DNA of 64,000 bases from an uncultured Gemmatimonadales bacterium (GCA_963850905.1 CAWKMU010000003.1:992001-1056000); one strand, 5' to 3'. Positions 45,831 through 55,919 are shown, numbered from the stretch's first letter. The notes: a model not told the origin generated them from the letters alone. Translations and numbers: made by a program.

Positions 45831-47221
45831 CAGGACCGCGCCGCCGTGCCTATCCCGTATTCGGGGCGCGCGATCGCTGCAAGCAAGGCGCGGAGGGCGA
45901 GGTAGCCGTCCTGAGGCCGGCCGCTCCGCGCGAGCGCGTCACCCATCGCCACATCAGATCCCGCTGCCGCACGCTCGTAGACCGCCGACACGAGATCCGA
46001 TTCCAGTGCGGGACGAAGCGGAAGCGAGACGTCATCCATCCGCAAGGCACTGCCCCGTTCGTGGATACCGGCAATGCCCGTGTCGATCGCAACCGCGACC
46101 GGATAGGAGCTGTCGGAGGCGCGTGGTCCGATCGCGACGCACGACACGCCGTTGGCGAGTCCGCGTGCGACGGCGGGAGGCACGGCCCGCGCCGCCCCTA
46201 CGACGACCGCGACGTCGACCTCGCCGCTCTCGAGCAGCGCCGCGGCGGCGCGATCGGGCCGATAGCTCGGAGCCCCTCTGGAGAAATCAACCGCCATCGG
46301 GAAGCCGGTCTGCCACGTCATGACAGCGTCCGCCCCCGACCGATTCCCGCCGCCCCGTAGCGTGCTGAGCGCGCAGCGCATCGACCGGTTGAGTGCCTCA
46401 ACCAAGAGGATGAGTGACTCGCTGCGTTGCGGGTCCCGAGCTGCCGCCGGTTCGCTGTCGGCGACGATCGTAGCGTAGCGGCCGGTGCGCACGAGACCGG
46501 CGAGGCGAGCCGCGCGCGCTTCGAGCGAGTCGTCTCCGCCATCGGCCTCGAGCGCCCCGGTGACCGCCGCGCGTGCGAGCGTGAGCCCCGCTACCTCCTC
46601 ATCTGTCGCGAAGCTCACGCGTGCGTCGGCGTCGGAAGGCCCGTGGTCCCCTCCGATATCGACTGCGATCACCTGCCGGCCTGCGCGTCCCAGCGGGACA
46701 TAGAGGCCGATCGGTTGCGGCGTGTAGCGCGATGTAAATCGAGGATATCGCGTGGCCGGGTCCACTCCCCAGAACACGACGGTGTCCGCCCGGTTTCGGA
46801 TCTCACCGAGTGTCGCGGTGACGCGGCCGCGCCGTTGAGCCGCCAGGATGCCGTCCCCCGCCGTCGCCGTTGTGATGCTGTCGAGTGCGGCACCGAGGAC
46901 ATCGGCGATCGCGATCGCCACACGCTGCGATTCGCACGACAGCTCCGTGGCGATGTACACGAGTGGTCGACGAGCGCCGCGGAGGAGTTGCGCCGCCTCG
47001 CTGATCGCATCCGCGATCGTCTCGCGGCCGGACCGTGACACGATGCGTGCCGGTATGACTCCGGTCCCGAACCACTCGAGTCCCAGCGCGCATGCGTTGC
47101 GCGCTTCTGCGATGCGCCCCGAGCGGGCGACAACGGTAATGTCGTCGCAAGCGCAGCCGCATCCGAGGCAGGTGGCATGCTCGACCGTTCGGTCGGGCGT
47201 CAGGCGCGAGTCGTCAGCCAC
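45830..47221 (-). CDS. fhcB: Formyltransferase/hydrolase complex subunit B
   Basis: CLGCGCACDD, TLGEIRNRAD, WQTGFP, GIHERG..RMD. Confidence 0.9.
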   Translation of the reverse strand: MADDSRLTPDRTVEHATCLGCGCACDDITVVARSGRIAEARNACALGLEWFGTGVIPARIVSRSGRETIADAISEAAQLLRGARRPLVYIATELSCESQRVAIAIADVLGAALDSITTATAGDGILAAQRRGRVTATLGEIRNRADTVVFWGVDPATRYPRFTSRYTPQPIGLYVPLGRAGRQVIAVDIGGDHGPSDADARVSFATDEEVAGLTLARAAVTGALEADGGDDSLEARAARLAGLVRTGRYATIVADSEPAAARDPQRSESLILLVEALNRSMRCALSTLRGGGNRSGADAVMTWQTGFPMAVDFSRGAPSYRPDRAAAALLESGEVDVAVVVGAARAVPPAVARGLANGVSCVAIGPRASDSSYPVAVAIDTGIAGIHERGSALRMDDVSLPLRPALESDLVSAVYERAAAGSDVAMGDALARSGRPQDGYLALRALLAAIARPEYGIGTAARS

Positions 47222-47256
47222 TGGGAGCGTCCGAAGGTGGGCGCTGGGAATATACG

Positions 47257-48402
47257 TTACCGACGCTCAGTCTCGTCGTGGATCCTGGCGGCACGCGCCG
47301 CGAGCGCCTCGTAGCACTCGCTCATCGTCGGCGCGATCGCGAACACGGTGCAGATCGGGGCGCCTCTCCGAACGGAGAGGCCGGCTGGTGGCACATCTCG
47401 CACGTCGGTGTCGGCGAGCCAGTGGTCGGCCGATGGTGTCACGACGTCGCGCCGTGCGAACACGATTGCCTTGCCGGCTGCTGCACTGACGGATGCGGGT
47501 TTGATGAGCGCTGACAGCGTGCCGGTACAGCCCGCGACGTGTGTGCGGAAGATCGAGAGGCCGTCGCGGCGCTCGAAAAGCTCCATGGCAGCGGTGTGTC
47601 GCGGATTGATCTCGATGGGAATCACCCGGGCCCGATGCACGATAACATCCACGCCGTTGACTCCGACGAGCCCGAATGCGCGTGTCAGCACCGCGGCGAG
47701 TTGCGCGCCACGCTCGGCAAGCGGCGAGCTCGCTCCCCACTCTGTATCCTCTGGCGGCGCGAGGAGCGAACCGCAGTAGCGAAACCCGTGTGATCCAAAG
47801 CGGCGCTCGCCGACGAGTTGGCGGGTGACCCCGAGGACGATCGCGCGCTCGCCATCGGCTGCGAAGAGGACGGAGGCCGCGCGGCCGGCTATGCGCTCCT
47901 GCAGGACGCAGGACCGCGGCACCGCGAGGCCGGGGGACCAGGGGACGATGCCGTGCCCGCCCCCTGACGCACGCGGCTTGAGCAACCATCGTGAGATCGA
48001 CGAGCCGGCGACGGGGCGCGGCGGACGCTTGCGGACGAGCGCAGCCGGCAACCCAGCCGCGCGGACCACCTCGGCAAGGGCCGCAGGATCGCGCGCGCGC
48101 GCGAGCACCTGCGGCGGATTGCCCCATAGCGTGCGGCCGCGCTGCAAGCGGCGAAGCGCAGCCGGATGATTCTCGAAGTTCGATACGTAACACACCGCGC
48201 CCGCATCGAGGTCACGTGATGCGTCCGCCGCCGCGGCCGCGCTATACGGAACCACTCGGCGCACGTCGGTCGCGACGGCTTGGAGATCGAGATCGCTGAA
48301 CGCATCGACTGCGGTGACCCTGTATCCGGCTCGCACCGCTGATTCCGTCAAGCCACGCACGCTCACGCCGGCGATCAGAACGTCCTTACTCAGCCTGGTC
48401 AA
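47257..48402 (-). CDS. ATP-grasp protein (OrfY/MyfB-like)
   Basis: LIAGVSVR.L..SA.RAG, D.FSDLD, KPRASGGG, GVNGVD, EINPR. Confidence 0.8.
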   Translation of the reverse strand: MTRLSKDVLIAGVSVRGLTESAVRAGYRVTAVDAFSDLDLQAVATDVRRVVPYSAAAAADASRDLDAGAVCYVSNFENHPAALRRLQRGRTLWGNPPQVLARARDPAALAEVVRAAGLPAALVRKRPPRPVAGSSISRWLLKPRASGGGHGIVPWSPGLAVPRSCVLQERIAGRAASVLFAADGERAIVLGVTRQLVGERRFGSHGFRYCGSLLAPPEDTEWGASSPLAERGAQLAAVLTRAFGLVGVNGVDVIVHRARVIPIEINPRHTAAMELFERRDGLSIFRTHVAGCTGTLSALIKPASVSAAAGKAIVFARRDVVTPSADHWLADTDVRDVPPAGLSVRRGAPICTVFAIAPTMSECYEALAARAARIHDETERR

Positions 48403-48427
48403 GTGGCGTCGGGTCTCCTCTCTCCTG

Positions 48428-49540
48428 TCACCTTTCGTCCGTCTCCTCGGCCGCCGCCCCGGGGTGTCCGAGCCCGAGCCTGGCCCGGGCGCGCTCCGGC
48501 GTCACGACGTATAGCCAATCGAGGACGGAGCCCGAGGCGCCGCGCAGCTGGAGGAGATCGACCAGCCGTGCGTGACGGCCGCCGGCCAAGCCATCAGCAA
48601 CCAGAGCTGCGCCTTGCGCGGCCTGTTTGGCGACGTGCGCAAAGCCGTTGAGTGGCACCACTGGCGCGACATCCCCAAGACGCTCCGACAGAGCTCGGGA
48701 GACGACACTAGACCGTGCCAGTCTGCCCGACAGCAGGATCTCCGCGGGGCGCGGCAACGTCACTCGCAGCGCCGCCACCGCCTTACAGGCTCCCTCCACG
48801 AAGGCGTCCCAGGCGAGCTGGCCTCGTGCCGTGGTGGCGTGCGCAACCGCATCGATGTCCGACTCGGGCTCGCCAACCACATCGGCGACTCCGCCGCTGA
48901 ATACCATCTTCTTGGTCACCTGTCCGGCCAGCACCGCGACTTCCGCGTCGAGGGCGCCGGACGCCTTCGCGCCGATTGGGCCGGAAGAGCCGCCGATCCC
49001 GTCGATGATACGACCGCCAGCGACGGCAATCGCGGCTGTAAACGCACCACCCAGCTCCAGGAGAATGAAGGACGTGTCAGTCAGCGACAGGCGCTGGCGC
49101 TGCGACTGATCGTCGATCGCCAGCGCGGCGGCGCACACCTTGTCTGCAGTTCCGAGGTCCACGCGATTGAGCTTCCGGTGTGCGGGCACCGTGGGCAAAT
49201 GCATGACTCCAGGCGTGAACATGATCGGGAGCGAGGAGCTGGCGAGCGCACGCAGGAGGCGCCCGAGCCCGCCGATGCCCCCCGCCTCGCCCGTCGGCGA
49301 CAGCAACGCGAGGCGGATCCCCTCCTCCGAGAGCTCTGCCCCCGCCGTGAGCGGCAGCCCATACCCCGAAGGACCGACGATGCAGTGGAAGTGCCCAAGT
49401 CTGGCGATGCGCGCGATGAAGCCGTCGGGATCGGCCAACGCCGAGCGAGTCGGCACGCTCTCATCAACGACCAGCTGTCCATCATCGATCCCACAGAGAT
49501 CAATGGAGAGCGTGCCGGGATCGAGGCCTAAACAGCGCAA
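48428..49540 (-). CDS. DUF1464-like ASKHA-fold (butyrate-kinase-related) protein
   Basis: GLDPGT, GPSGYGLP, PGVMHLPTVPAHRKLNRVDLGTADK, ELGGAFTA, DGIGG, AAQGAA. Confidence 0.75.
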   Translation of the reverse strand: MRCLGLDPGTLSIDLCGIDDGQLVVDESVPTRSALADPDGFIARIARLGHFHCIVGPSGYGLPLTAGAELSEEGIRLALLSPTGEAGGIGGLGRLLRALASSSLPIMFTPGVMHLPTVPAHRKLNRVDLGTADKVCAAALAIDDQSQRQRLSLTDTSFILLELGGAFTAAIAVAGGRIIDGIGGSSGPIGAKASGALDAEVAVLAGQVTKKMVFSGGVADVVGEPESDIDAVAHATTARGQLAWDAFVEGACKAVAALRVTLPRPAEILLSGRLARSSVVSRALSERLGDVAPVVPLNGFAHVAKQAAQGAALVADGLAGGRHARLVDLLQLRGASGSVLDWLYVVTPERARARLGLGHPGAAAEETDER

Positions 49541-49541
49541 C

Positions 49542-49664
49542 GGCGGGACCAGGGGTCAGGGACCAGGGGTCAGGGAACCACGACAGACGTTCAAGGAAGG
49601 TCGCAGGACGCGAACAGCTTCACGGTTAGTTCCCTGACCCCTGATCCCTGGTCCCCGACCCCTG
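49542..49664. repeat. Palindromic element with (GGGGTCA)n arms, overlapping the mtd 3' end
   Basis: CAGGGGTCAGGGAAC...GTTCCCTGACCCCTG. Confidence 0.85.
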
Positions 49665-50510
49665 TAGTTCAAATATCTCCTCCGCGTCCAACATCGCGTC
49701 GCTCACTTCGAAGAGGCGCGCGATGCAGGCCTTGTGGATCTTCATCTTGAGTTTGCCGACAGCGAGGGCGCCGATGCATCGCACGCCATCGTGCGTGGCG
49801 CCGTCGTCGGTTGGCTGGATGCCTTCGATGCCGGCGGGTGGGACGGCGTTGAGATCGACAGCAACCTCGAGACCCCGCCGATTCGCCCACGCGCTGCGGG
49901 GCACCAGCTGCACGCCGACGGGTCCACAATTCAGGAGGACGCGAGCACCGTCCAGGCAAGCGGCGGCGCCGTCGGCGTCGGTCAGACAGTCTGCATGCAC
50001 ATTCCCGCCGAAGCGCTGGAGGATCGTTTGACGTGCCCGGTCGGCGTCTTCCCGGCGCCGCGACGTGATGTGCACCTCGGCGCCGCGCTTGGCGAGCAGC
50101 CCGGCCGCTCGTCTGCCGACGGGTCCCGTGCCCGCGGTGACCACAATCCGTTGGCCAGCGACCGCGCCTCCAACGGCTTCCATGATCTTCACAACCGCTG
50201 CAACCGCGGTGGTGTTGGAGCCGTTCGAATCGAGCATCGCGGAGACACGCATCGGGCCGAAGAACGTCTTTCGAACCGCGTCGAGCATTGCGTCTCCGAC
50301 TGCCATATCCGTTCCGCCGATGAAGATCGCGGTGTTCTTCAGGTCCTTGGGGCCCCGCGTGAAGATGCAGCCATAGACCAGGTCGCGGACATCTGCCGGT
50401 GTAACGCCCGATGTGCTCATGATCTCGTCGGCGCCGGCGTCGTACGCGACGACCTGGTCGAAGACACTCGCGTGCCGGGACGAGTCGAGTTGGAGGAGGA
50501 GCTTCTTCAT
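49626..50510 (-). CDS. Methylene-H4MPT dehydrogenase (MtdA/MtdC-type N-terminus)
   Basis: KKLLLQLD..SVFD.VVAYDAGAD, FTRGPKDLKNTAIFIGG, DSNGSNTTA, GTGPVG, DLNAVPPAG. Confidence 0.92.
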   Translation of the reverse strand: MKKLLLQLDSSRHASVFDQVVAYDAGADEIMSTSGVTPADVRDLVYGCIFTRGPKDLKNTAIFIGGTDMAVGDAMLDAVRKTFFGPMRVSAMLDSNGSNTTAVAAVVKIMEAVGGAVAGQRIVVTAGTGPVGRRAAGLLAKRGAEVHITSRRREDADRARQTILQRFGGNVHADCLTDADGAAACLDGARVLLNCGPVGVQLVPRSAWANRRGLEVAVDLNAVPPAGIEGIQPTDDGATHDGVRCIGALAVGKLKMKIHKACIARLFEVSDAMLDAEEIFELQGSGTRDQGSGN

Positions 50511-50557
50511 GTTCGGCGAGCCCGAGCTGAGCCCGTGGGAGGTCGTTGAGACTGAAG

Positions 50558-50677
50558 GGCGGGTTTAGGGATCAGGGGTCAGGGGTCAGGGAACAAACTG
50601 CAAGGCCGGTGACGCTGCGGTGCATCTCGCCTCGAGATTTGTTCCCTGACTCCTGACCCCTGATCCCTGACCCCGCC
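50558..50677. repeat. Palindromic element with (GGGGTCA)n arms
   Basis: Core GAACAAAC...TTTGTTC, between fae and mtd. Confidence 0.85.
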
Positions 50678-50729
50678 ATTTTGGTCTGACTCCTACAATC
50701 GCGAGCCGCTCGAATCCGCCGACGCCAAG

Positions 50730-51242
50730 CTACTTGTCCGCACCGCCCGCGAACGGATGGTGCGCGGTCTTGGCGCCCTGGATGACGGTGTCGACGGTCG
50801 GCAGACGCTTGAGGGCGCGCTCGATCGACTCCTTCGTCGCCCGGTAGTTGTAGTCGAAGATCTTCTTGTCATCCTTGGCGTCCCAATGAATGAACACGCC
50901 GACGCAGATGCAGTAATCCTCGACTTTGTCTCGCGGGATGACGCCACTGGATACCGAGTCCACGACCGCGCGCGCGACCGCGGCTTGAGCCGGTCCGAAC
51001 ATCTGAACGGCTTGTTTGGCGCCCTTGATGGTCACTTTGTTGTACAGGATCGTGTCGGGCTTGGCTGGCAGGTTGGGCGTCACGACGGCGAGGAGCGTGG
51101 TGAAGCCGTCCTTGTTATTCGTCAACGCATTCGCGAACGCTGCGCCCGCATGCCCGCTCTTGGCACCGATGATGAGGTCGATGTGGGCAACTTCATTGCC
51201 GTCGCCGACCAGCGACTCGCCGAGAAAGAAATCCGCTGCCAT
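50730..51242 (-). CDS. fae: Formaldehyde-activating enzyme
   Basis: [51 protein letters not shown]. Confidence 0.96.
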   Translation of the reverse strand: MAADFFLGESLVGDGNEVAHIDLIIGAKSGHAGAAFANALTNNKDGFTTLLAVVTPNLPAKPDTILYNKVTIKGAKQAVQMFGPAQAAVARAVVDSVSSGVIPRDKVEDYCICVGVFIHWDAKDDKKIFDYNYRATKESIERALKRLPTVDTVIQGAKTAHHPFAGGADK

Positions 51243-51398
51243 GGATCCTGCCTCCGTCCATTTTGGGTGGGGGGACAATCGCAGAGACCGGCGCGGGCGC
51301 GGCACCGGCCCAGCCAAATGAGCAGCCCTCGTGGGGCGCGGACGCACACCCCGCGAGGGCGATCCCGCGACGATCGCGGGTAGCTCGTCGAGTTTGGG

Positions 51399-51426
51399 AG
51401 AATGCCCCCACCTGGTAGGGTGTCAA
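51399..51426 (-). promoter_or_regulatory. Putative sigma70 promoter of the fae-mtd-fhc-mch gene run
   Basis: Minus strand TTGACA-N16-CATTCT. Confidence 0.4.
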
Positions 51427-51604
51427 GGGGCGCCGGCGCCCGGGTGAGCCAATTGGGGTCGAGCGTCCACGCGACCAGCGTGCCAGAGGGTCGCGGCACA
51501 CGCACCCCAGTTACTTTATGGGCGCAGATGCTGCGGTACGGGTCCAGTCCATGGTTAGCTGTCGGTCCCTAACCCCTGACCCCTAACCCCTAATCCCCGC
51601 CCTT

Positions 51605-52918
51605 TTGCATCTCCCCGTCGAGACGTTTCGGCTCGCCAACGGCCTCTTCGTCACGGTCTCGGAAGACCACACAGCGCCGATCGTCGCGGTCAACCTTTGG
51701 TATCATGTCGGATCGGCGAATGAACGGGCTGGCCGGACTGGCTTCGCGCATTTGTTCGAGCACATGCTGTTTCAGGGATCAGCCCACGTCCAGGCCAACG
51801 AGCACTTCGAGCTGATCGCGCGAGCGGGTGGGACGCTCAACGGGTCCACGTGGCTCGACCGCACCAACTACTTCGAGACGGTCCCGTCCAACCAGCTTGC
51901 GCTCGCGTTGTGGCTCGAGGCAGATCGAATGGGGCAACTCCTGCCTGCCATGACGCAGCAGAAGCTCGATACCCAGCGCGACGTGGTGAAGAACGAGCGA
52001 CGCTGGTCCGTCGACAATCAGCCGTACGGCACCTGGTGGGAAAAGCTGCCCGAGCTGGCCTTCCCGCCGGACCATCCCTTCCACCACTCGCTGATCGGGT
52101 CGATGGAGGACCTCACAGCCGCGAGTTTGGACGACGTGGTCGCCTTCTTCTCGACCTACTACGCCCCGGACAACGCGGTGCTCTCCCTGGCCGGCGATGT
52201 CGAGGTGGCAGAGGCGCGCCGGTTGGTCGAGTACTATTTCGGTGCGATTCCGCGCGGTGGTGCGCGCCCACCCCTGCCACCCATGGAGGTGCCGCCGCGA
52301 TTTGGCACGTCCCGCCGAGAAGTCGTCGCCGATGACGTCCGGTTGCCGCGGCTGTACCTCGCCTTCCGCATCCCGCCATTCGGCACCGACCTTGGCTACA
52401 CCGCGGGAGTGTGTGCGGCGGTGTTGGGGATGAGACGAGGCAGTCGGCTGCATCGCGCGCTGGTGCGAGAGCGTCAGGTGGCCGCCGAGGCGACGGCGTT
52501 CACGTTCGATCTCGCGAAAGGCAGTGACCTGCTGATCGTCGACGTGACGGCGAGGCCGGGCGTCAGTGCTGAGCGCATCGAGTCCGAAGTTGGGTCCGAG
52601 ATCGATCGGCTGCAGCGCGACGGCGCGACTGCCGCAGAAGTCGAGCGTGCGCTCGCGCTGATCGAGACGGATTTTACCGTCTCACTGCAGTCCGCGTCGG
52701 AGCGAGCTGACAAGTTGTCGCAATTCGCCACATACTTCGGTGATCCCGGTTTGGTCAATACACACGTCGATCGGTACCGTGCCGTGACGCACGAGCGCGT
52801 CTCGGCTTTCGCACGGGAGTGGTTGGGCGCGGACAATCGCGTCAGTCTCGTGTATGTGCCACGAGATCCCGTGCCGGAGGCGGCCGAGCTGGCGGCGACC
52901 GTGGGTGCAGATGCGTGA
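51605..52918 (+). CDS. M16 family Zn peptidase, catalytic subunit
   Basis: GFAHLFEH (HxxEH), NGST, DRTNY. Confidence 0.92.
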   Translation: MHLPVETFRLANGLFVTVSEDHTAPIVAVNLWYHVGSANERAGRTGFAHLFEHMLFQGSAHVQANEHFELIARAGGTLNGSTWLDRTNYFETVPSNQLALALWLEADRMGQLLPAMTQQKLDTQRDVVKNERRWSVDNQPYGTWWEKLPELAFPPDHPFHHSLIGSMEDLTAASLDDVVAFFSTYYAPDNAVLSLAGDVEVAEARRLVEYYFGAIPRGGARPPLPPMEVPPRFGTSRREVVADDVRLPRLYLAFRIPPFGTDLGYTAGVCAAVLGMRRGSRLHRALVRERQVAAEATAFTFDLAKGSDLLIVDVTARPGVSAERIESEVGSEIDRLQRDGATAAEVERALALIETDFTVSLQSASERADKLSQFATYFGDPGLVNTHVDRYRAVTHERVSAFAREWLGADNRVSLVYVPRDPVPEAAELAATVGADA

Positions 52919-54341
52919 GGCGCGGGTCTCGGTGAACGGGTCCAACGTGGCCGGGTCGACCGCGCGTGCCGGGACACTCGAGCGACCCCGCCCCACGCCG
53001 GGAGATCCGCGGCCGTACGCGTTCCCGAGGTTCGAGCGACGGTCGTTGTCCAATGGGTTGCGCCTGGTCGTTGCCCCAGTCGAGAAGCTGCCCGTCGTCA
53101 CACTGCTCGCGACGATCAATGCGGGCGCGGTCGCCGACCCGCCTGGTGAGGAGGGATTGGCGCTACTCACCGCTCGCGCCCTGAGTGAGGGCGCGGGCAA
53201 GCGCGATGGCGCGGCGCTCGCCGACTACGCGGAGCGACTGGGCACCGGCATCGAGTCTCGCGCGGACTGGGATGCCGCGACCGTTCGCCTGACTGTCATG
53301 ACATCGCGCCTGGCCGATGCGGTGTCGCTCTTGGGCGATGTGTTGATGGCACCGCTCCTGCCGACCGACGAGATCGCACGTCTCAAGGGCGAGCGCCTCG
53401 CAGAGCTCCTGCAGATCCGTGCGGAGCCGCGTGGGCTGGCCGACGAGGCGCTGGACCGGGTGGTCTATGCGTCCGACGCGCGGTACGCGCTTCCTGAGGG
53501 TGGCACGGAGAAGTCGGTTGGCAGTCTGTCCCGCGATGCGGTCGCCGCGTTTTACGGGGCGCGCTACCACCCGGCTGCTGTGACCGTTCTGGTCGTGGGG
53601 GATGTCCGCGCCGCCGAGGTCGAACGCCTGGTGGACGCGACGTTCGGGAAGTGGCGAGGCCTGGGTCAGCAGGGAGCCCTCGTGCCCGACCGAAGCCCCC
53701 CGTCGGGCCGCGCGGTGCACATCGTCACCAAGACGGGCTCGCCCCAGTCGGAGCTTCGGCTCGGGCACGTCGGACTCGCACGGACGTCGCCCGATTTCTT
53801 CTCGGTGACGGTGATGAACGCGTTGCTGGGCGGCCTGTTCTCCTCGCGCATCAATCTCAATCTGCGCGAGGCGCACGGATACACGTATGGCGCGCACTCG
53901 GGATACGAGTGGCGCCGCTGGGCCGGGCCGTTCTCCGTGGACGCGGCCGTCGGGCGCGAGGTGACCGCCGCTGCGGTACGCGAGGTGCTGGCTGAGATCG
54001 ATCGAATGCGGGCGGAGACCGTAACGCCAAGCGAGCTGTCGTTGGCGACGAGCTACCTGGATGGGATCTTCCCCATCCGCTACGAGACCACGACAGCGAT
54101 CGCCGCTGCGCTTGCCAATCTCATTGTCTACGATCTGAGCCCGGACTACTACGATAGCTATCGCGCAAACGTGCGTGCGGTGACGGCGGCCGAGGTTCTC
54201 ACGGCGGCGCGTGAGCACATCCATCCCGAGCGACTGCAGCTTGTCGTTGTGGGCGATCCGGCGGCCGTCCGCGGTCCGCTGGAGGAGATCGGATTCGGGC
54301 CGGTGACGGTCTACGATGACCACGGAGATCGAATCACGTGA
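52911..54341 (+). CDS. M16 family peptidase, non-catalytic partner
   Basis: No HxxEH; SRINLNLREAHGYTYG; overlaps the upstream gene. Confidence 0.88.
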   Translation: MREARVSVNGSNVAGSTARAGTLERPRPTPGDPRPYAFPRFERRSLSNGLRLVVAPVEKLPVVTLLATINAGAVADPPGEEGLALLTARALSEGAGKRDGAALADYAERLGTGIESRADWDAATVRLTVMTSRLADAVSLLGDVLMAPLLPTDEIARLKGERLAELLQIRAEPRGLADEALDRVVYASDARYALPEGGTEKSVGSLSRDAVAAFYGARYHPAAVTVLVVGDVRAAEVERLVDATFGKWRGLGQQGALVPDRSPPSGRAVHIVTKTGSPQSELRLGHVGLARTSPDFFSVTVMNALLGGLFSSRINLNLREAHGYTYGAHSGYEWRRWAGPFSVDAAVGREVTAAAVREVLAEIDRMRAETVTPSELSLATSYLDGIFPIRYETTTAIAAALANLIVYDLSPDYYDSYRANVRAVTAAEVLTAAREHIHPERLQLVVVGDPAAVRGPLEEIGFGPVTVYDDHGDRIT

Positions 54342-54886
54342 GCAATGCTCGGGTCGGATCACAGCGGATTTATACGGGCCGCATCTTCAACCTCGATCTC
54401 GACCAGGTCCGATTCCCCGACGGCTCCGTCGGCGAGCTCGAGATGATCCGGCACCCCGGAGCGAGTGCCGTCCTGCCCTTTCTGACCGATCCGCGCGGCG
54501 ACGATCCGCAGCTCCTGCTCATCAAGCAGTATCGATATGCGGCAGATGGCTACCTCTACGAGGTACCGGCGGGACGGCTCGAGCCGGGAGAGCTGCCCAT
54601 TGCCTGCGCCCGGCGCGAGTTGCGAGAGGAGACCGGATGCGAGGCCGAGGTTCTGGCGCCGCTCACGACGCTGTACACGACCCCGGGATTCACCGATGAG
54701 CTCATTCATCTCTTCATCGCTACCGGCGTGACGCGTGGTCAGGCGGCGACCGAGGCGGACGAATTCCTGACGGTCGAACCGACGTCCCTCGCGCGCGCCC
54801 TGGAGCTGGTGCGGCAGGGAGAGATCCGCGACGCCAAGACCGTCGTGTCTCTGCTGTACGCAGCGGGTTTCGTGGCCGGGCGCTGA
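54338..54886 (+). CDS. Nudix hydrolase (ADP-ribose pyrophosphatase-like)
   Basis: PAGRLEPGE...ARRELREETG Nudix box; QYRY, TPGF, DAKT. Confidence 0.9.
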   Translation: MSNARVGSQRIYTGRIFNLDLDQVRFPDGSVGELEMIRHPGASAVLPFLTDPRGDDPQLLLIKQYRYAADGYLYEVPAGRLEPGELPIACARRELREETGCEAEVLAPLTTLYTTPGFTDELIHLFIATGVTRGQAATEADEFLTVEPTSLARALELVRQGEIRDAKTVVSLLYAAGFVAGR

Positions 54887-54896
54887 CACGACACGC

Positions 54897-55889
54897 TTGC
54901 GCGTCCTGGTTCTCGGCAGTCACCGGACCGAGCGTATCGAGCGAGGCGTCGAGCGCGCATTCCGACGAGCCGGCCACCGCACACTGCTGATCGACGACCG
55001 TCGACTCCGTCGCAACATTGGCGTCACGCTCACGCAGAAGTGGGTGCTCGCCGCGACGCGACGATTCCGTCCCGATTTCATCTTCTTCAGCAAGGCGCTC
55101 GGGCTGACGATGGAGACGGTGGCGGCGCTCGTACGGGACCGACCGAGCGCCCTCTGGTATCAGGACCCGCAATGGTATCGCGACGAGCATTTGGCGGACA
55201 TCTCGCACACCATCAGCGTGGGCCGGCAGGTCGGAACATTCTTCGTCACCGGGTTTGAGCGCCAATGGCGTGCGATGGGGCTGAATGCAAAGCTCCTCCC
55301 GTCAGCGGCGGACCGCGACATCCGATCGGTGCGACCAGAATCACGTTTCGGTGCAGACATCGCGTTCATCGGGACTGGACCAGGCATTCGGCACGGAGGC
55401 GCCGGATTTGCCCCGGAGCGCGCCGAGTTTCTCGTCACGCTCGCCGATGCCCTCGGGTCGTCGGTGCGCGTTCGTGTCTGGGGTGGTGGGTGGCAGGGCT
55501 ACCGAGGCCGCCTTGACTGGGGCGGCCGGCCAGTCTTCGGTCGCGACCTCTCACGGGTGTGCTCTTCGAGCGGCGTCGTGCTCGGGATCAATCCTGCGCG
55601 CGCGGAGGGCGCGACGTACTACACGTCGGATCGGATCTGGATGATGATGTTGGGCGGCGGGTTTTACCTGGGTCGCCGCTCGCCGGGTTTGGATCAACTG
55701 TTGGAGGACGGACGACACTGCGCCTGGTATGAGAATGCAGAGGAGTGCGCCGCGAGAGCCCGGTTTTACCTCGCGCATGACGCGGAGCGCGAACGCGTCC
55801 GTGCATCCGGCGAAGTCCGCGTGCGCGAGTATCACACGTTTGATCAGCGGGTCGGGTATCTGTTGTCGGGCGAAGAGTGGAGCCCGTGA
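54897..55889 (+). CDS. Glycosyltransferase (CgeB-like GT-B fold)
   Basis: DIAFIGT, WGGGW, VLGIN, SDRIW..GGFYL, HTFDQR. Confidence 0.75.
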   Translation: MRVLVLGSHRTERIERGVERAFRRAGHRTLLIDDRRLRRNIGVTLTQKWVLAATRRFRPDFIFFSKALGLTMETVAALVRDRPSALWYQDPQWYRDEHLADISHTISVGRQVGTFFVTGFERQWRAMGLNAKLLPSAADRDIRSVRPESRFGADIAFIGTGPGIRHGGAGFAPERAEFLVTLADALGSSVRVRVWGGGWQGYRGRLDWGGRPVFGRDLSRVCSSSGVVLGINPARAEGATYYTSDRIWMMMLGGGFYLGRRSPGLDQLLEDGRHCAWYENAEECAARARFYLAHDAERERVRASGEVRVREYHTFDQRVGYLLSGEEWSP

Positions 55890-55919
55890 TTGGTCAAAAG
55901 ACGACGACCTGCGACAATC

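Noticed and set aside
44211..47221. Methanogen-type Mo/W formylmethanofuran dehydrogenase
   Set aside because: No FwdD or polyferredoxin subunits; the B-A-D-C order with a formyltransferase is the bacterial Fhc layout.
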